A stretch of DNA of 64,000 nt, from NCBI GenBank assembly GCA_965215565.1, contig CBDCDZ010000004.1:928001-992000 (forward strand), given 5' to 3'. This DNA comes from Trueperaceae bacterium (GTDB lineage: Bacteria > Deinococcota > Deinococci > Deinococcales > Trueperaceae). Numbering within the stretch: position 1 is the stretch's first letter; every line of letters starts with the position of its first letter. The translations under genes were made by a program, and so were the position numbers. This document shows, in pieces, positions 9,751 through 20,500 of the stretch. Under the pieces are notes generated by a model. The model saw only the letters and a program-made list of their open reading frames with translations. It was not told the origin of the DNA and made no database searches.

Positions 9751-9895
9751 TAGCAGTTCCGAAACATACTGAGACGGATGAGCGCAGATCTCAGTTCGAA
9801 GAACTAGCGGGATTTCATCTCAGAATGTGCGTGCTGCATGATGTTCTCAAGAGTGAGCGCGTTTCAAACCCGAAGCTATACGAAGTAACCTGCTA
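9751..9895 (+). repeat. Dispersed repeat family 1, 145-bp copy
   Basis: TAGCAGTTCC...AGTTCGAAGAACTAGCGGGATTTCA insert...TACGAAGTAACCTGCTA. Confidence 0.88.
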
Positions 9896-10009
9896 GTGCT
9901 ATAAGATGTCAGCGAGAACCGAAAAGCCTCTCTGATCCCTCTTGCTATACTCCTCTAGCAAGCGCGTGAGCGCAACCTTTTTCGATTCTCACCTCTATGG
10001 AGACCTATA

Positions 10010-11185
10010 GTGTACCGACTCATCACCTCAGAATCTGTGACCGAAGGGCACCCCGACAAGCTCGCAGACCGCATCAGTGACAGCGTTTTAGATGCGATTT
10101 TGACGCTCGATCCGAGCGCCAGAGTCGCCGCCGAGACCATCCTCACGAAAGGACTCGCGCTCATCGCGGGCGAGATTAGCTGCAACGGCTACGTCGACTT
10201 GCAGCGCATCGTGCGTGACACGGTGCGTGAAGTCGGTTATACGGACAGCGCGTACGGCATCGACGCCGACCACTGCGCTGTTTTAGTCGCCATCACCGAG
10301 CAGTCGCCCGACATCGCCCAAGGGGTGAGCCGCGCCCGCGAAGCTCATTCGGGCGAGCAGTTCGACCAGATCGGAGCGGGCGATCAAGGACTTATGTTCG
10401 GTTACGCGACGGACGAAACCCCCGAGCTGATGCCGCTGCCCATCACACTCGCGCACGCGCTTACCAAGAGGCTCGCTGAGTGCCGTAAGGAAGAGGTCTT
10501 GCCCTACTTACGGCCCGACGGCAAAGCGCAGGTGACGGTGGCTTACGAAGGTGACACGCCCGTCAAAGTCACGGCTATTGTAGTGAGCGCGCAGCACGAC
10601 CCCGACGTGTCAGAAGAGAGGCTTAGGCGCGACATCGAGCGAGAGGTCATCCGCGTAGCGATTCCGGCTGAATATCTAGACGACAAAACCAAGTTTTATA
10701 TCAACCCGACGGGACGCTTCGTCATCGGCGGACCCGAAGGGGACGCGGGACTCACCGGGCGCAAGATCATCGTGGACACCTATGGCGGCGCTGCGCCGCA
10801 CGGCGGGGGCGCGTTCAGCGGCAAAGACCCGACGAAGGTGGATAGAAGCGCGTCTTACTACGCGCGCTACATGGCGAAAAATATCGTAGCAGCGGGCTTA
10901 GCGAAGCGGGCGCAGGTGCAACTCGCTTACGCGATTGGCGTAGCGCAGCCCGTAGGCGTCTACGTGGACACGTTTGGCACCTCGGCGTTAGCCGATGAGG
11001 TGTTGAGCGACGTGCTGACCAAGGTGTTCGACGCGAGACCCGCCGCGATCATCGCGCAGCTCGGCTTGCAGAAACCTATCTATAAAGAAACGAGCGCCTA
11101 TGGTCACTTCGGGCACGAGGATTTTCCTTGGGAGCGCACCGACAGAGCAGAGGCGCTCAGACGTGAGGTGCTCGAGCCAGCCTAA
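10010..11185 (+). CDS. metK: S-adenosylmethionine synthetase
   Basis: [41 protein letters not shown]. Confidence 0.98.
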   Translation: MYRLITSESVTEGHPDKLADRISDSVLDAILTLDPSARVAAETILTKGLALIAGEISCNGYVDLQRIVRDTVREVGYTDSAYGIDADHCAVLVAITEQSPDIAQGVSRAREAHSGEQFDQIGAGDQGLMFGYATDETPELMPLPITLAHALTKRLAECRKEEVLPYLRPDGKAQVTVAYEGDTPVKVTAIVVSAQHDPDVSEERLRRDIEREVIRVAIPAEYLDDKTKFYINPTGRFVIGGPEGDAGLTGRKIIVDTYGGAAPHGGGAFSGKDPTKVDRSASYYARYMAKNIVAAGLAKRAQVQLAYAIGVAQPVGVYVDTFGTSALADEVLSDVLTKVFDARPAAIIAQLGLQKPIYKETSAYGHFGHEDFPWERTDRAEALRREVLEPA

Positions 11186-13035
11186 GCCGCTTCGGTATAC
11201 CGTTTTAACCGCGCGTCGCTCAGTTTCGCGCCCGAGACGTTACCTTTGCTCGGTAAGGCGGGGAGGCAATCCCTCACCTTTGGCGCGTGTCGCACTTCAT
11301 ATACCCCGGCGGGGGCGTTAAGAAGCTCCAAAACCTCCCGTTCGATGAGCGGTTTGGAGAAGTAGTAACCCTGCGCGTAACGGCAGTGAAGCGTGTCTAA
11401 AATCGACACCTGTTCAGCGGACTCGACCCCCTCGGAGACCACGTCGAGGTCTAGGTTCTGCGCTAAATTTACGACGGTCCTGACGATTTCCAAGCTCTTC
11501 GCGTCGTGCTTCATCCGGTTGACGAACGACTGGTCAATCTTGATGGTGTCGAGCGGCAAGCTGTGGATGTAGGAGAGCGACGAATAGCCCGTGCCGAAGT
11601 CGTCCATCGCGATGCGCACGCCCAAGTCTCTAAGCTCGCCGAGCACCTTAATTGCGAGCGTCGGGTCTTCCATCACGGCGCTCTCGGTGACCTCGAGCTT
11701 GAGGTAGCGAGGTGCCAAGCCGGTGTCGCGCAAGATAGCGGCGACGCGCTTGACCAAGTCAGGCTGCATAAACTGCTTGCTCGACAAGTTGACGCTGATA
11801 GTGAGGGGCGGGTCCGCCCGTGTACGCTGCCACACACTCATCTGGGCGCACGCTTCGCTCAGCACCCACTCGCCGATCGCGCCAATAAGCCCTGTTTCTT
11901 CAGCGAGGGCGATAAATTCGACGGGCGAAACGAGCCCTCTGCGCGGGTGCTGCCAGCGCACGAGCGCTTCGAAGCCGCTCACTTCGCCATCCTCTAAGGA
12001 GACGATAGGTTGGTACATCAAGAAGAGTTCACCGCGCTCTAGCGCCGAGCGAAGCTCCATCTCGGTCTGCTGTCGCGCCGCGACGCGCTCGAACATCCGC
12101 TTGTCGAAGAGCGAATAGGGCTTTTTACGGCCCTTCGCGTGGTACATCGCGATGTCGGCGTCGCGCAGGATGTCGTCGGTGGAGGCGTAATGCGCAACGT
12201 CCATCACCACACCGATGCTCGTGCTGCTCACCACCTGATGCCCGTCTAAGTTAAAGGTCGTCGCGGTGTAGCGCCCGATGCGGTCTATAACTTGCATGAC
12301 ACTATTGGGTCCGTCTAGGTTCTCGAGTAAAATCACGAACTCGTCCCCGCCTAGACGCGCCACCGTATCCGCGCTGCGCACGCAAAGCTGCAAACGCTTG
12401 GCGAGTTCGGTAAGGAGCAAGTCACCCACCCGGTGCCCCAAACTGTCGTTGATGACCTTGAAGCGGTTAAGGTCCATGAAGAGCACGGCGAAGGTTTGGG
12501 TGGGGTCACGCTTATACTTCTCAAACGCGCCGCGCAGACGGTCCAAAAGCAAGGCTCGGTTGGGCAACCCTGTGAGCGCGTCGCACACCCCTTGCTGCGC
12601 GATGCTCGTCAAGGAGCCCGCGATGCGGTGCGCTTTGCCCGCTTCGTCACGCACGGCGAGCCCTCGGCTCATCATCCAGTGGTAGCGCCCGTCCTGATGT
12701 AACACGCGGTGCTCGCACTCGAATATAGGGATGTCGTCCGCTAAGTGTGCGCTGAGTTGCGCCCCGACACGTTCGCGGTCGAGTGGGTGAATACGTTCCA
12801 ACCAGTCGCTCGACGTGCCGCCGACGATAGGCTCCTCGAGACCTAACAGCGCCTGCCAGCGCGGTGAATAAAAGACCTCACCCGTCTGCAAGTTCCAGTC
12901 CCACAGCCCGTCGTTCATCGCGGCAGCGGCGAGGGCGTAACGCGCCTCGCTCTCCTGCAAGGCTCGTTCGGCCCGAGCGAGCGCTTCGCGCAGCACCTTG
13001 ACATCGGTTTGCGTTTGAAGGGGCGGAGTGCTCAT
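11182..13035 (-). CDS. PAS-GGDEF-EAL diguanylate cyclase/phosphodiesterase
   Basis: [40 protein letters not shown]. Confidence 0.95.
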   Translation of the reverse strand: MSTPPLQTQTDVKVLREALARAERALQESEARYALAAAAMNDGLWDWNLQTGEVFYSPRWQALLGLEEPIVGGTSSDWLERIHPLDRERVGAQLSAHLADDIPIFECEHRVLHQDGRYHWMMSRGLAVRDEAGKAHRIAGSLTSIAQQGVCDALTGLPNRALLLDRLRGAFEKYKRDPTQTFAVLFMDLNRFKVINDSLGHRVGDLLLTELAKRLQLCVRSADTVARLGGDEFVILLENLDGPNSVMQVIDRIGRYTATTFNLDGHQVVSSTSIGVVMDVAHYASTDDILRDADIAMYHAKGRKKPYSLFDKRMFERVAARQQTEMELRSALERGELFLMYQPIVSLEDGEVSGFEALVRWQHPRRGLVSPVEFIALAEETGLIGAIGEWVLSEACAQMSVWQRTRADPPLTISVNLSSKQFMQPDLVKRVAAILRDTGLAPRYLKLEVTESAVMEDPTLAIKVLGELRDLGVRIAMDDFGTGYSSLSYIHSLPLDTIKIDQSFVNRMKHDAKSLEIVRTVVNLAQNLDLDVVSEGVESAEQVSILDTLHCRYAQGYYFSKPLIEREVLELLNAPAGVYEVRHAPKVRDCLPALPSKGNVSGAKLSDARLKRYTEAA

Positions 13036-13725
13036 GCACAGCCCCTCTCTAGTAGGAAAGTGGTTTTTTTAGGTAGCTCAGGTAGCCCAACCCTCTCGGC
13101 GCGCATAGTGTGGGCACGAGCAGGTGGCGTACCTGGTAAATAGTTAAATGCATAGCGCAAGGACAAAGACATAGCACCAGTCTACGGATGGGCTGTTACA
13201 AGATTCTTACTTCTCGCGCCCAGAGCGTCACAAAAGGAACTTTTACGGTTTTTACGCTGGCTTTGCGTCACTCCTGTCGCTAAAAATACCGCTAGGAGCG
13301 CTCTGCACTTAGGCACGTCGTCGTTGCATCACACCGGGTAGTCCTTGCGCGCTCGCCCTCAAAAAGCCTCACCCTCAAAAAGCGCTGTAAGAATTTCGTG
13401 AGACCCTCTTCTCTATAGTCAATTCCCGAGGAAAGACACCTCACACTTGTCCAATCTCGAGTGCGCCACATAGGGCACAGAAAGGAGCTTTAGACCGCCG
13501 TAAGACGTGTTGACCTGTCCAAATCCTTTGCGGGCGTCAGGGAGGACGGCGAGCGAGTGACGCGACCGACTTACAAACGGCGTATACCTTAGAGCAGTTT
13601 TAACCGGTCATAAGCTTGAACCGCGCAAAACTTTGATGACGTGCATGTCAAGTAGACCAACCCGTACGGGCGTTCACGACCGGACGACACCTGCTACACA
13701 CCACACGCCGTAGAAAGAAGACATC

Positions 13726-15090
13726 TTGAATCACATAGAGAAGATTACAGAGAGGGTCAAACGAGCGCTGCAAATCGCGCCCGTAGGCTTAGCCTTAGTC
13801 GCCCTCACCGCCTGCGGCGGCCTCGCCCCTGGAGCTGACACCGAGCTGGGTAGCCAGACTGCAGTGCGCTACGACTACTCGCTGAGCGTCGAAGTCACGC
13901 CGCAAGACAGCCAAGCGGACACCGAAAAGCGCTACGGCGGCACGGCTGTCGTGTGGCGTCCTGAGGCGGGCTTCGCTGTTATCGGTATTCAGAGCGGCGA
14001 GCTGACCACACTGAGCGCCGACGCCGAAACTAATCAAGACGCCTTTAGCATCCCGAGTGCGAATGTTGACGCGCAAGGCTATAGCGCTTGGTCTGGCGGC
14101 TATAGTGCTTGGTCCGGCGGTTATAGCGCCTGGAGCGGTGGCTACAGCGCCTGGTCTGGCGGCTCGAGCGAGCCCACCACCTTTGGGGAGAACCTCGACG
14201 CTTGGAAGCAAATTAAACTCGACAAAGGTCAAGCGTTAGCCCCCAAGTTAGGTAAAGGCGTTAAGGTCGCGGTGATCGACACCGGTATTGATGTCAACCA
14301 CCCCGCTCTGCAAGGCAAATTAGCGCCTGCGAACGAGTGGAAAGACTTTATCGACGGCGACGCTTACCCCTTCGATGAGTATGACCACACCCCTGGCGCG
14401 AGCAACGCGGGCTACGGCCACGGTACAGGCGTTGCGGGCGTTGTTCTGCAAGTTGCACCCGAAGCGACGATTTTACCCATCCGCGTCCTCAAACCTGACG
14501 GCTCCGGTGACATCACAAACGTTGCCGCTGCAGTGGACTGGGCGGTTCAGCAAGGTGCTGATGTAATTAACCTCTCACTCGGCGCGTACGTAGACTCGGC
14601 AACTATCTACTACACGATGGTTTATGGCGCTCAGTACGACGTTTACTTCACGGCTTCATCGGGCAATTCGGGCGACGATAGAGTGACGTATCCCGCGATA
14701 ATGGCTTCAGATAACGTCGCTGGCAACCTCGGCATCCTCGGGCGCAACCTGATTAGCGTGGCTAGTGTGGACGGTCAAGGCAAGAAGTCAGTTTTCTCCA
14801 CCTACGGACCTACAGTTGAACTTGCCGCGCCAGGTGAACAGGTCTACACCTTGATACCTGACGGCGGCGTCGCGCACTTCACGGGCACCTCTTTCGCCGC
14901 GCCGATGGCTGCAGGTACACTCGCCCTCGCGTTAGGTGAACTGGGCGACAACTACGGCGGCAACCTCTCGGTGATGGCTCACCAAGAAGGTGATTTGCTC
15001 ATTGGCGACAGCGTTTATCAGGGGTTGCTCGGCAACGGTCAGCTCAACGTCGAAAAGTTCATGAAGCGTGCGCTCCAGGCGGCGCGGTAG
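13726..15090 (+). CDS. S8 (subtilisin-like) serine peptidase, lipoprotein
   Basis: Lipobox LTAC; catalytic triad VIDTG / HGTGVAG / GTSFAAP. Confidence 0.93.
   Translation: MNHIEKITERVKRALQIAPVGLALVALTACGGLAPGADTELGSQTAVRYDYSLSVEVTPQDSQADTEKRYGGTAVVWRPEAGFAVIGIQSGELTTLSADAETNQDAFSIPSANVDAQGYSAWSGGYSAWSGGYSAWSGGYSAWSGGSSEPTTFGENLDAWKQIKLDKGQALAPKLGKGVKVAVIDTGIDVNHPALQGKLAPANEWKDFIDGDAYPFDEYDHTPGASNAGYGHGTGVAGVVLQVAPEATILPIRVLKPDGSGDITNVAAAVDWAVQQGADVINLSLGAYVDSATIYYTMVYGAQYDVYFTASSGNSGDDRVTYPAIMASDNVAGNLGILGRNLISVASVDGQGKKSVFSTYGPTVELAAPGEQVYTLIPDGGVAHFTGTSFAAPMAAGTLALALGELGDNYGGNLSVMAHQEGDLLIGDSVYQGLLGNGQLNVEKFMKRALQAAR
14077..14160 (+). repeat. 4 x 21-bp coding tandem repeat (GYSAWSG)
   Basis: Four identical heptapeptides with synonymous codon differences. 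Confidence 0.95.
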
Positions 15091-15486
15091 GTGATGGTAA
15101 TGGCAACAGTAGCGACAAAAACAGAAGAGAAAGCGACGCTTACCGCCGCTCTCGTGATGGAGTCCAAAGGCTTCGCCCCCGCCGTTCGCAGCGCAGCCTT
15201 TAGCGGCGCGTGGTCCAAGCTCTACCAAGCTGACGACTACTACCTCGACATGACGCTGACCCCCTCGGGCAAGACCGCTCGCTTACAAGGGCAGCTTTTA
15301 GCCGCCGACGGCGGACAGCTTCCGGGCGGCACCGTCGCGCTCTATAGGGGTGAAGAAGTCATCCAAAGCGTTCCCGTCGGCGCAGCCGGCGATTTCTACA
15401 TCGACATTTCGGCGGCGCACCAGTACCGCTTGAGCGTCGAGCTAGACGACACCGTCCTCTCCGTCTCGGGTCTCGACATCGACTGA
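15091..15486 (+). CDS. Hypothetical protein with predicted Ig/carboxypeptidase-regulatory-like beta domain
   Basis: Directly follows the S8 stop; APAVRS motif then beta-rich L.GQLL...G.V.L...G.F pattern. Confidence 0.7.
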   Translation: MMVMATVATKTEEKATLTAALVMESKGFAPAVRSAAFSGAWSKLYQADDYYLDMTLTPSGKTARLQGQLLAADGGQLPGGTVALYRGEEVIQSVPVGAAGDFYIDISAAHQYRLSVELDDTVLSVSGLDID

Positions 15487-15503
15487 GGTTTAAGAACTAC
15501 GTT

Positions 15504-15530
15504 AGAGACAGGGTTTAAGCCCTGTCTCTT
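15504..15530 (+). terminator. Terminator after the S8 operon
   Basis: AGAGACAGGG-TTTAAG-CCCTGTCTCT. Confidence 0.7.
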
Positions 15531-15783
15531 CTCCTCTTGGAATCATGAGGATGACGCGCACACTTCTTTCGCAGCTTTTGTACTGACATTCCGCTTGACA
15601 CAAATATTTTATAGAACTTACCTCACGAGTTTGGTGAATAGTCTCTTAACAGCACTTTACGCGATTTCACGTGTACGGCTCACTATGGAGCTTAAACTTC
15701 AATTACAATGACTCACGCTTACGAAAGTCTACGCTGTCCGGTTTACTCACCGCACGTGGCATAAAGATTGTGAACTCTTGAAG

Positions 15784-18732
15784 ATGAACGCAACCTCACC
15801 TCACCCTACTTCTGCACTCGTTCGCCAACTGCTCGAGGAGCCCTCGGCAGAGCGGCGGGCAGCGCTTTGCTTGGAGCATCAAGTGGGGCTAGAATTGGTT
15901 GAGGCGCTCAAAGCTGAGGTAGACAAGCATAAAAATTCGGACGGTGCGCAGGCGCTTTTGGCGGGCGAGAGGTCGCTCGAGGTGAGTGAACTCATCGCTG
16001 ATCCTTTAGCTAAGCCGCTCGGACTCTGGGCGATGGCGTTGGGGCTCACGGCTCAGCGTAAGTTTAGAGAAGCACTGCCGTACTTTGAAACGGCGCGCGC
16101 TCGGTATAAGCATTTGGACCGAGACGTCGACGCAGCGAGAACATCTGTGCGTCAGGTACAAGCGCTCGCAATGATGGGTGACTACCCCGAAGCGTTAGAG
16201 GTTGCTGAGTCGACGCGCGACATATTTGTTGTTGCCGGATTGACTCATGAGGCTGCGCAGGTAGAAAATAACATCGGCGTTATTTATTCACGCTTAGGCC
16301 GAGTCGCCGAGTCCAAAGAGGCTATTCAAAGCGCCCTCGGAGGATTCTCGGATGTTGGTGACAAGGTAGGCGTTGCTCAGGCGCACCTGAATCTTGGATC
16401 GAACTACCAAGAGCAAGACCTCTTCGATGAAGCTTTAGAACATTTACAAGCTGCGTTAGGCATCTTTCAGGAACTCGAGCTTACCGAAGCCGTCGCTGGC
16501 ACCCTTGTCAACCTCGCCATGCTCCACCGCCGCGAAGGTCAAGCCAATCAAGCCCTCCGGCTTCTCAGCCAGGCCAGAGAGGTCTACCGCCAGCTAGAAT
16601 CGAGCCCCGACGCCGCTCTAGCACAGTTAGAAGAAGCGCGGGTCAGCCTCGACTTGCAGCTCTTGGACGAAGCCGAGACGCTCGCGAGCGAACTCATCGG
16701 CACCTTTGCGGCGCGGCAGATGCAGTTAGAGCACGTCGAAGCGCTCGTGGTGCTCGGTACGGTGCGCGTAAGAGCTGGGCGTAACAGCGAAGCGTTGGAG
16801 GCGCTGAGCGCGGCGCGGGATACTTGGCTCGAGCTTGGCAACCCGACGCAAGCGGCGCTCGTCGAGCTGTATATCGCCAACTTGCATCTCAACATCTCGG
16901 AAGCGTTGCAAGAAAAGGCGGAAGCAAACGCCACGTACCGCAAAGCGGCGGAACTTGCAGAGCGCGCCGTTAGAACGCTGCGAGAAGCGGGAGTGCGTTC
17001 AGGCGTCGCCTTTGGTTTGGCGACGTTAGCCGAGGCGCAACTCGCGTTAGGACAAAACGGCAAGGCTGAAGACAATTTGCGAAGGGCCGAAGCGTTAGCG
17101 CAAGACCTCGCCGTGCCCGACCTCATCATCCGCGCGAAGCGGCTCTTGGGCAAAAGCACCGCCCGGCAAGGCGAGCTAGCCGACGCGGAGCGCTACTTTG
17201 ACGGCGCGATTGAGGCGCTCGAGGGCGTGCGCGCCTCCTTGCAAATCGACGAGTTCAAAGCGGCGTACGTCGGCGATAAGCTGAGCGTATATGGTGACAT
17301 GGTTGCACTACTACTGCAGCAAGGACGCACCCGCGAAGCCCTCGAGTACGCGGAGCGGGCGAAGTCGCGGGCACTTTTAGACATGCTTTCTAAGGGGGTG
17401 GAGTCGAGAGCGCCCACCAGCGATCCTATAATAGAGCGGCTCAGCAAGCGTCTCAAAGAGGTGCGGAGCGAACTCAACTGGCATTACTTGAAAGCGGAAG
17501 AGGAGGGCGCGAACGGCTCGCACTGGCAGAAAGTCACCGAGGGCGAGCGAGAGGTCACCTCGCTCATCCGCGAGTTAGAGCGGCTCAAACCCGAAGCGGC
17601 GGCACTCGAGCGCGTCGCGAAGCCTGACTTAGACAAGGTGTTTGAAAGTTTAGGCGAGAATACGGTGCTGCTCGAGTACTTCGGCACTCAGGAGAGCCTC
17701 TCTGCTTTTGTCCTATACAAGGGAGAGGTCCGCGCGGTCACCGACATCGCGTCGCCCGAAGCGGTGCGGCACCACTTAGAGCGCTTGGGGTTCTTCTTCA
17801 AGCGCGTCGCGCAGAGTCGCGGCGGCAACCTCCCCAGCAACTTGCCGCCCAGCGTCTACGCCAACCTCTACGGCCCTGAAATGTTGACGCAGAACGTGAA
17901 CACGCACCTAAAGGCGCTCTACGACCTGCTCATCGCACCGCTAGGGCTCGAGTTTGGAAGTCCCGAATGCCCCGAACAAACGCTTGTCATCGTGCCGCAC
18001 GGTCCCGTTCACGCGGTTCCTTTCGCGGCGCTCTATGACGGGGAGCGGTATCTGCTCGAGCGTTCAGCGCTCGCCTCTGCGCCTAGCGCCTCGGTGTACG
18101 CGCTCTGCAAAGGGCAAGCGCAGCGCCCGCCCGGTCAGATGATGGCGTTCGGCGTGCCCGCTGAAGATATTCCCGCCGTTGAGCAAGAGGTCAAAGACGT
18201 CACCAAGCTCTTCCGCGCCGCGGAAGCGTTTATCGGCGCGGAGGCGTCGCTCGGCACCTTCTACGAACGTGCCCCTCACGCCGACGTGCTCCACATCGCC
18301 ACGCACGGCGTCCATAGACCCGACAACCCGATGTTTTCTGGGCTGCGACTTTTTGACGGCTGGTTAGCGGCGCGCGACCTCTACGGCGTCCAGCTTAGCG
18401 CTTCGCTCGTCGTGCTGCCTGCTTGCGAGAGCGTCTTGGCGAGTAACACCGAAAGTGACGAGCTTTTTGGCATCGCCAGGGGTTTTCTCTACGCGGGTGC
18501 GCCCTCGCTTGTCGGCAGCTTATGGCCCGTTCAAGACGCGCAAACCGCGCAGCTCATGGTGGCGTTTTATAGCGCGTTGCGCCAGGGCTTGGGTACGGCG
18601 GCAGCGTTACGCCGCGCGCAACTCTCCCTACGCGGCGAGCACCCTAACCCCTACCACTGGGCAGCGTTCACTGTCATCGGCGACCCGGAACGCAAGGTCG
18701 AAAGTGGCTGGGTGAGAGAGGTCAGCGGGTAA
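15784..18732 (+). CDS. TPR-repeat CHAT-domain (caspase-like) protease
   Basis: ~550 aa of TPRs; ERAKSRALLD; IVPHG..H.VPFAAL; catalytic HIATHG and LPACES; HPNPYHWAAF. Confidence 0.93.
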   Translation: MNATSPHPTSALVRQLLEEPSAERRAALCLEHQVGLELVEALKAEVDKHKNSDGAQALLAGERSLEVSELIADPLAKPLGLWAMALGLTAQRKFREALPYFETARARYKHLDRDVDAARTSVRQVQALAMMGDYPEALEVAESTRDIFVVAGLTHEAAQVENNIGVIYSRLGRVAESKEAIQSALGGFSDVGDKVGVAQAHLNLGSNYQEQDLFDEALEHLQAALGIFQELELTEAVAGTLVNLAMLHRREGQANQALRLLSQAREVYRQLESSPDAALAQLEEARVSLDLQLLDEAETLASELIGTFAARQMQLEHVEALVVLGTVRVRAGRNSEALEALSAARDTWLELGNPTQAALVELYIANLHLNISEALQEKAEANATYRKAAELAERAVRTLREAGVRSGVAFGLATLAEAQLALGQNGKAEDNLRRAEALAQDLAVPDLIIRAKRLLGKSTARQGELADAERYFDGAIEALEGVRASLQIDEFKAAYVGDKLSVYGDMVALLLQQGRTREALEYAERAKSRALLDMLSKGVESRAPTSDPIIERLSKRLKEVRSELNWHYLKAEEEGANGSHWQKVTEGEREVTSLIRELERLKPEAAALERVAKPDLDKVFESLGENTVLLEYFGTQESLSAFVLYKGEVRAVTDIASPEAVRHHLERLGFFFKRVAQSRGGNLPSNLPPSVYANLYGPEMLTQNVNTHLKALYDLLIAPLGLEFGSPECPEQTLVIVPHGPVHAVPFAALYDGERYLLERSALASAPSASVYALCKGQAQRPPGQMMAFGVPAEDIPAVEQEVKDVTKLFRAAEAFIGAEASLGTFYERAPHADVLHIATHGVHRPDNPMFSGLRLFDGWLAARDLYGVQLSASLVVLPACESVLASNTESDELFGIARGFLYAGAPSLVGSLWPVQDAQTAQLMVAFYSALRQGLGTAAALRRAQLSLRGEHPNPYHWAAFTVIGDPERKVESGWVREVSG

Positions 18733-18830
18733 GAATTTTGTCAGGCTGTCTTCCCTATAGTGAACGTTATGCTGACTCACGACCCCTCCCCTACTCGCCG
18801 CCACAAACGTTACCGTAAGGGAGTTCAGCG

Positions 18831-20237
18831 TTGACCTCAAAACGTGCCACCGTCCTCATCGTCGACGACCAAGCCTCCATGCGCGAGCTGATCAGACGGC
18901 TGCTAAGACCGCTCGACTTAAACCTCGCGGTGGCGGAAAACGGTTTAGACGCTCTCGGCCGAGCCGCTGAGCTGAGCCCCGACCTTATTTTATTAGACGT
19001 CAATATGGCAGGCTTGAGCGGGTTCGACGTGTGTCGCCGCTTACGCGCTAACCCGGCTTTTGAAGAGACGCCTATCGTCATCGTCACGTCCGAAGACGAC
19101 GAGCGCTCACGCGACAAAGGTTTCGAGGCGGGCGCGGACGACTTTATCAGCAAACCCTTTCACCCTAAGCTGTTGCGGCGGCGCGTCGGGGCGCTGACAC
19201 GCTTGAATCATTCGCGCCGTCTCCACGCCGAACGCTCGCGCTTCGGCGAACTTATCGACCTCTCACCGGACGGCATCATTATTGTAGACAGCAACCAGCA
19301 GATTCGTCTTATCAACCCAGCGATGTTCCGCCTGTTAGGTATTGACGACGAGTATAGGAGCCAAGAGGGGTTAGGCCGCTTTGTGCTGCCCGCCGAGCTG
19401 AACCACTGCCGCGCGAAACTCTTAGAGCTTTTCAAGTTCCCCACTGGGCAGGTGCGCTTTGAAACCACGCTTCTCAAGCCGAGCGGCGCACACGTCCACG
19501 TCGAAGTGCACGGCGCACATTCGAACTGGAACGGCGCTCCCGCTGCCCAACTCATCATCCGCGATGTCACCCAGCGCAAGCTCACTGAGGCGCACCTGCG
19601 CCGCTCGAACACCGAGCTGCGCCTCGCTTACGACACCACCATCGAGGGCTGGGCACGGGCTCTGGAGCTGCGCGATAAAGAGACCGAAGGGCACACGCGC
19701 CGCGTCACCGATATGACGGTGCGTTTAGCCAGGCTCGTAGGCGTAGACGACGAATCGCTCGTGCATATCCGGCGCGGCGCACTCCTGCACGACATCGGCA
19801 AGATGGGCGTGCCTGACCACATCCTGCTCAAGCCAGGCAAGCTCAGCGCCCTCGAGTGGGAGGCGATGCGCGAACACCCGAGCCACGCGCTCACCATGCT
19901 CTCGCCCATCACCTTTTTGCGCCCTGCTTTAGAAATTCCCTACTGCCATCACGAAAAGTGGGACGGTTCGGGCTACCCGTGTGGGCTTAGCGGTGAGGCA
20001 ATTCCTCTCGCCGCCCGCATCTTCAGCCTGGTGGACGTGTGGGACGCGCTCTCCTACGACCGCCCCTACCGCCGCGCTTGGCCTCAAGAGGCTGTGCTCA
20101 CCTATCTACGCGAACGCGCGAGTACCGAATTCGATCCAAAAATTACCGAGATTTTCTTGCGGATGCTCACGAAAAGCCCTGCCCTCGCGCCCGCGAAGCA
20201 AGAGCAGTTGGAGAAACTCGAGCCCGCCCTCGGCTGA
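18831..20237 (+). CDS. REC-PAS-HD-GYP c-di-GMP phosphodiesterase response regulator
   Basis: LIVDD/LLDV receiver, PAS, LHDIGK, HHEKWDGSGYP. Confidence 0.93.
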   Translation: MTSKRATVLIVDDQASMRELIRRLLRPLDLNLAVAENGLDALGRAAELSPDLILLDVNMAGLSGFDVCRRLRANPAFEETPIVIVTSEDDERSRDKGFEAGADDFISKPFHPKLLRRRVGALTRLNHSRRLHAERSRFGELIDLSPDGIIIVDSNQQIRLINPAMFRLLGIDDEYRSQEGLGRFVLPAELNHCRAKLLELFKFPTGQVRFETTLLKPSGAHVHVEVHGAHSNWNGAPAAQLIIRDVTQRKLTEAHLRRSNTELRLAYDTTIEGWARALELRDKETEGHTRRVTDMTVRLARLVGVDDESLVHIRRGALLHDIGKMGVPDHILLKPGKLSALEWEAMREHPSHALTMLSPITFLRPALEIPYCHHEKWDGSGYPCGLSGEAIPLAARIFSLVDVWDALSYDRPYRRAWPQEAVLTYLRERASTEFDPKITEIFLRMLTKSPALAPAKQEQLEKLEPALG

Positions 20238-20281
20238 GCACCACAACCAGGTTTGAAGGGCGCAGGTCTCACCGCATAGCG

Positions 20282-20392
20282 TAGCAGTTCCAAAATATAC
20301 TGAGGCGGATGACCACAGGTATCATCTCCGAAAGTGCGTGCCAAACGGTAACTCTTAGAGTGAGAGCGTCTCTGACCAGATGATACCTGCTA
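20282..20392 (+). repeat. Dispersed repeat family 1, 111-bp core copy
   Basis: TAGCAGTTCC...GACCAGATGATACCTGCTA; a further fragment (TAGCGGAATTTCATCTC) follows. Confidence 0.9.
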
Positions 20393-20500
20393 GCGGTAGC
20401 GGAATTTCATCTCTGAATGTGAAAGCTCCGGTAGTGTTGTGTTGACTAGCGGTGTTTGTGACTAGATGCAGTCGCGTGGGCGCTCCCGCTAGACCTGCTA

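Noticed and set aside
9896..10009. SAM riboswitch before metK
   Set aside because: No SAM-I core (ATC.AGA...GGC...ACC...GCAACC...GTGC...GAT) recognisable.
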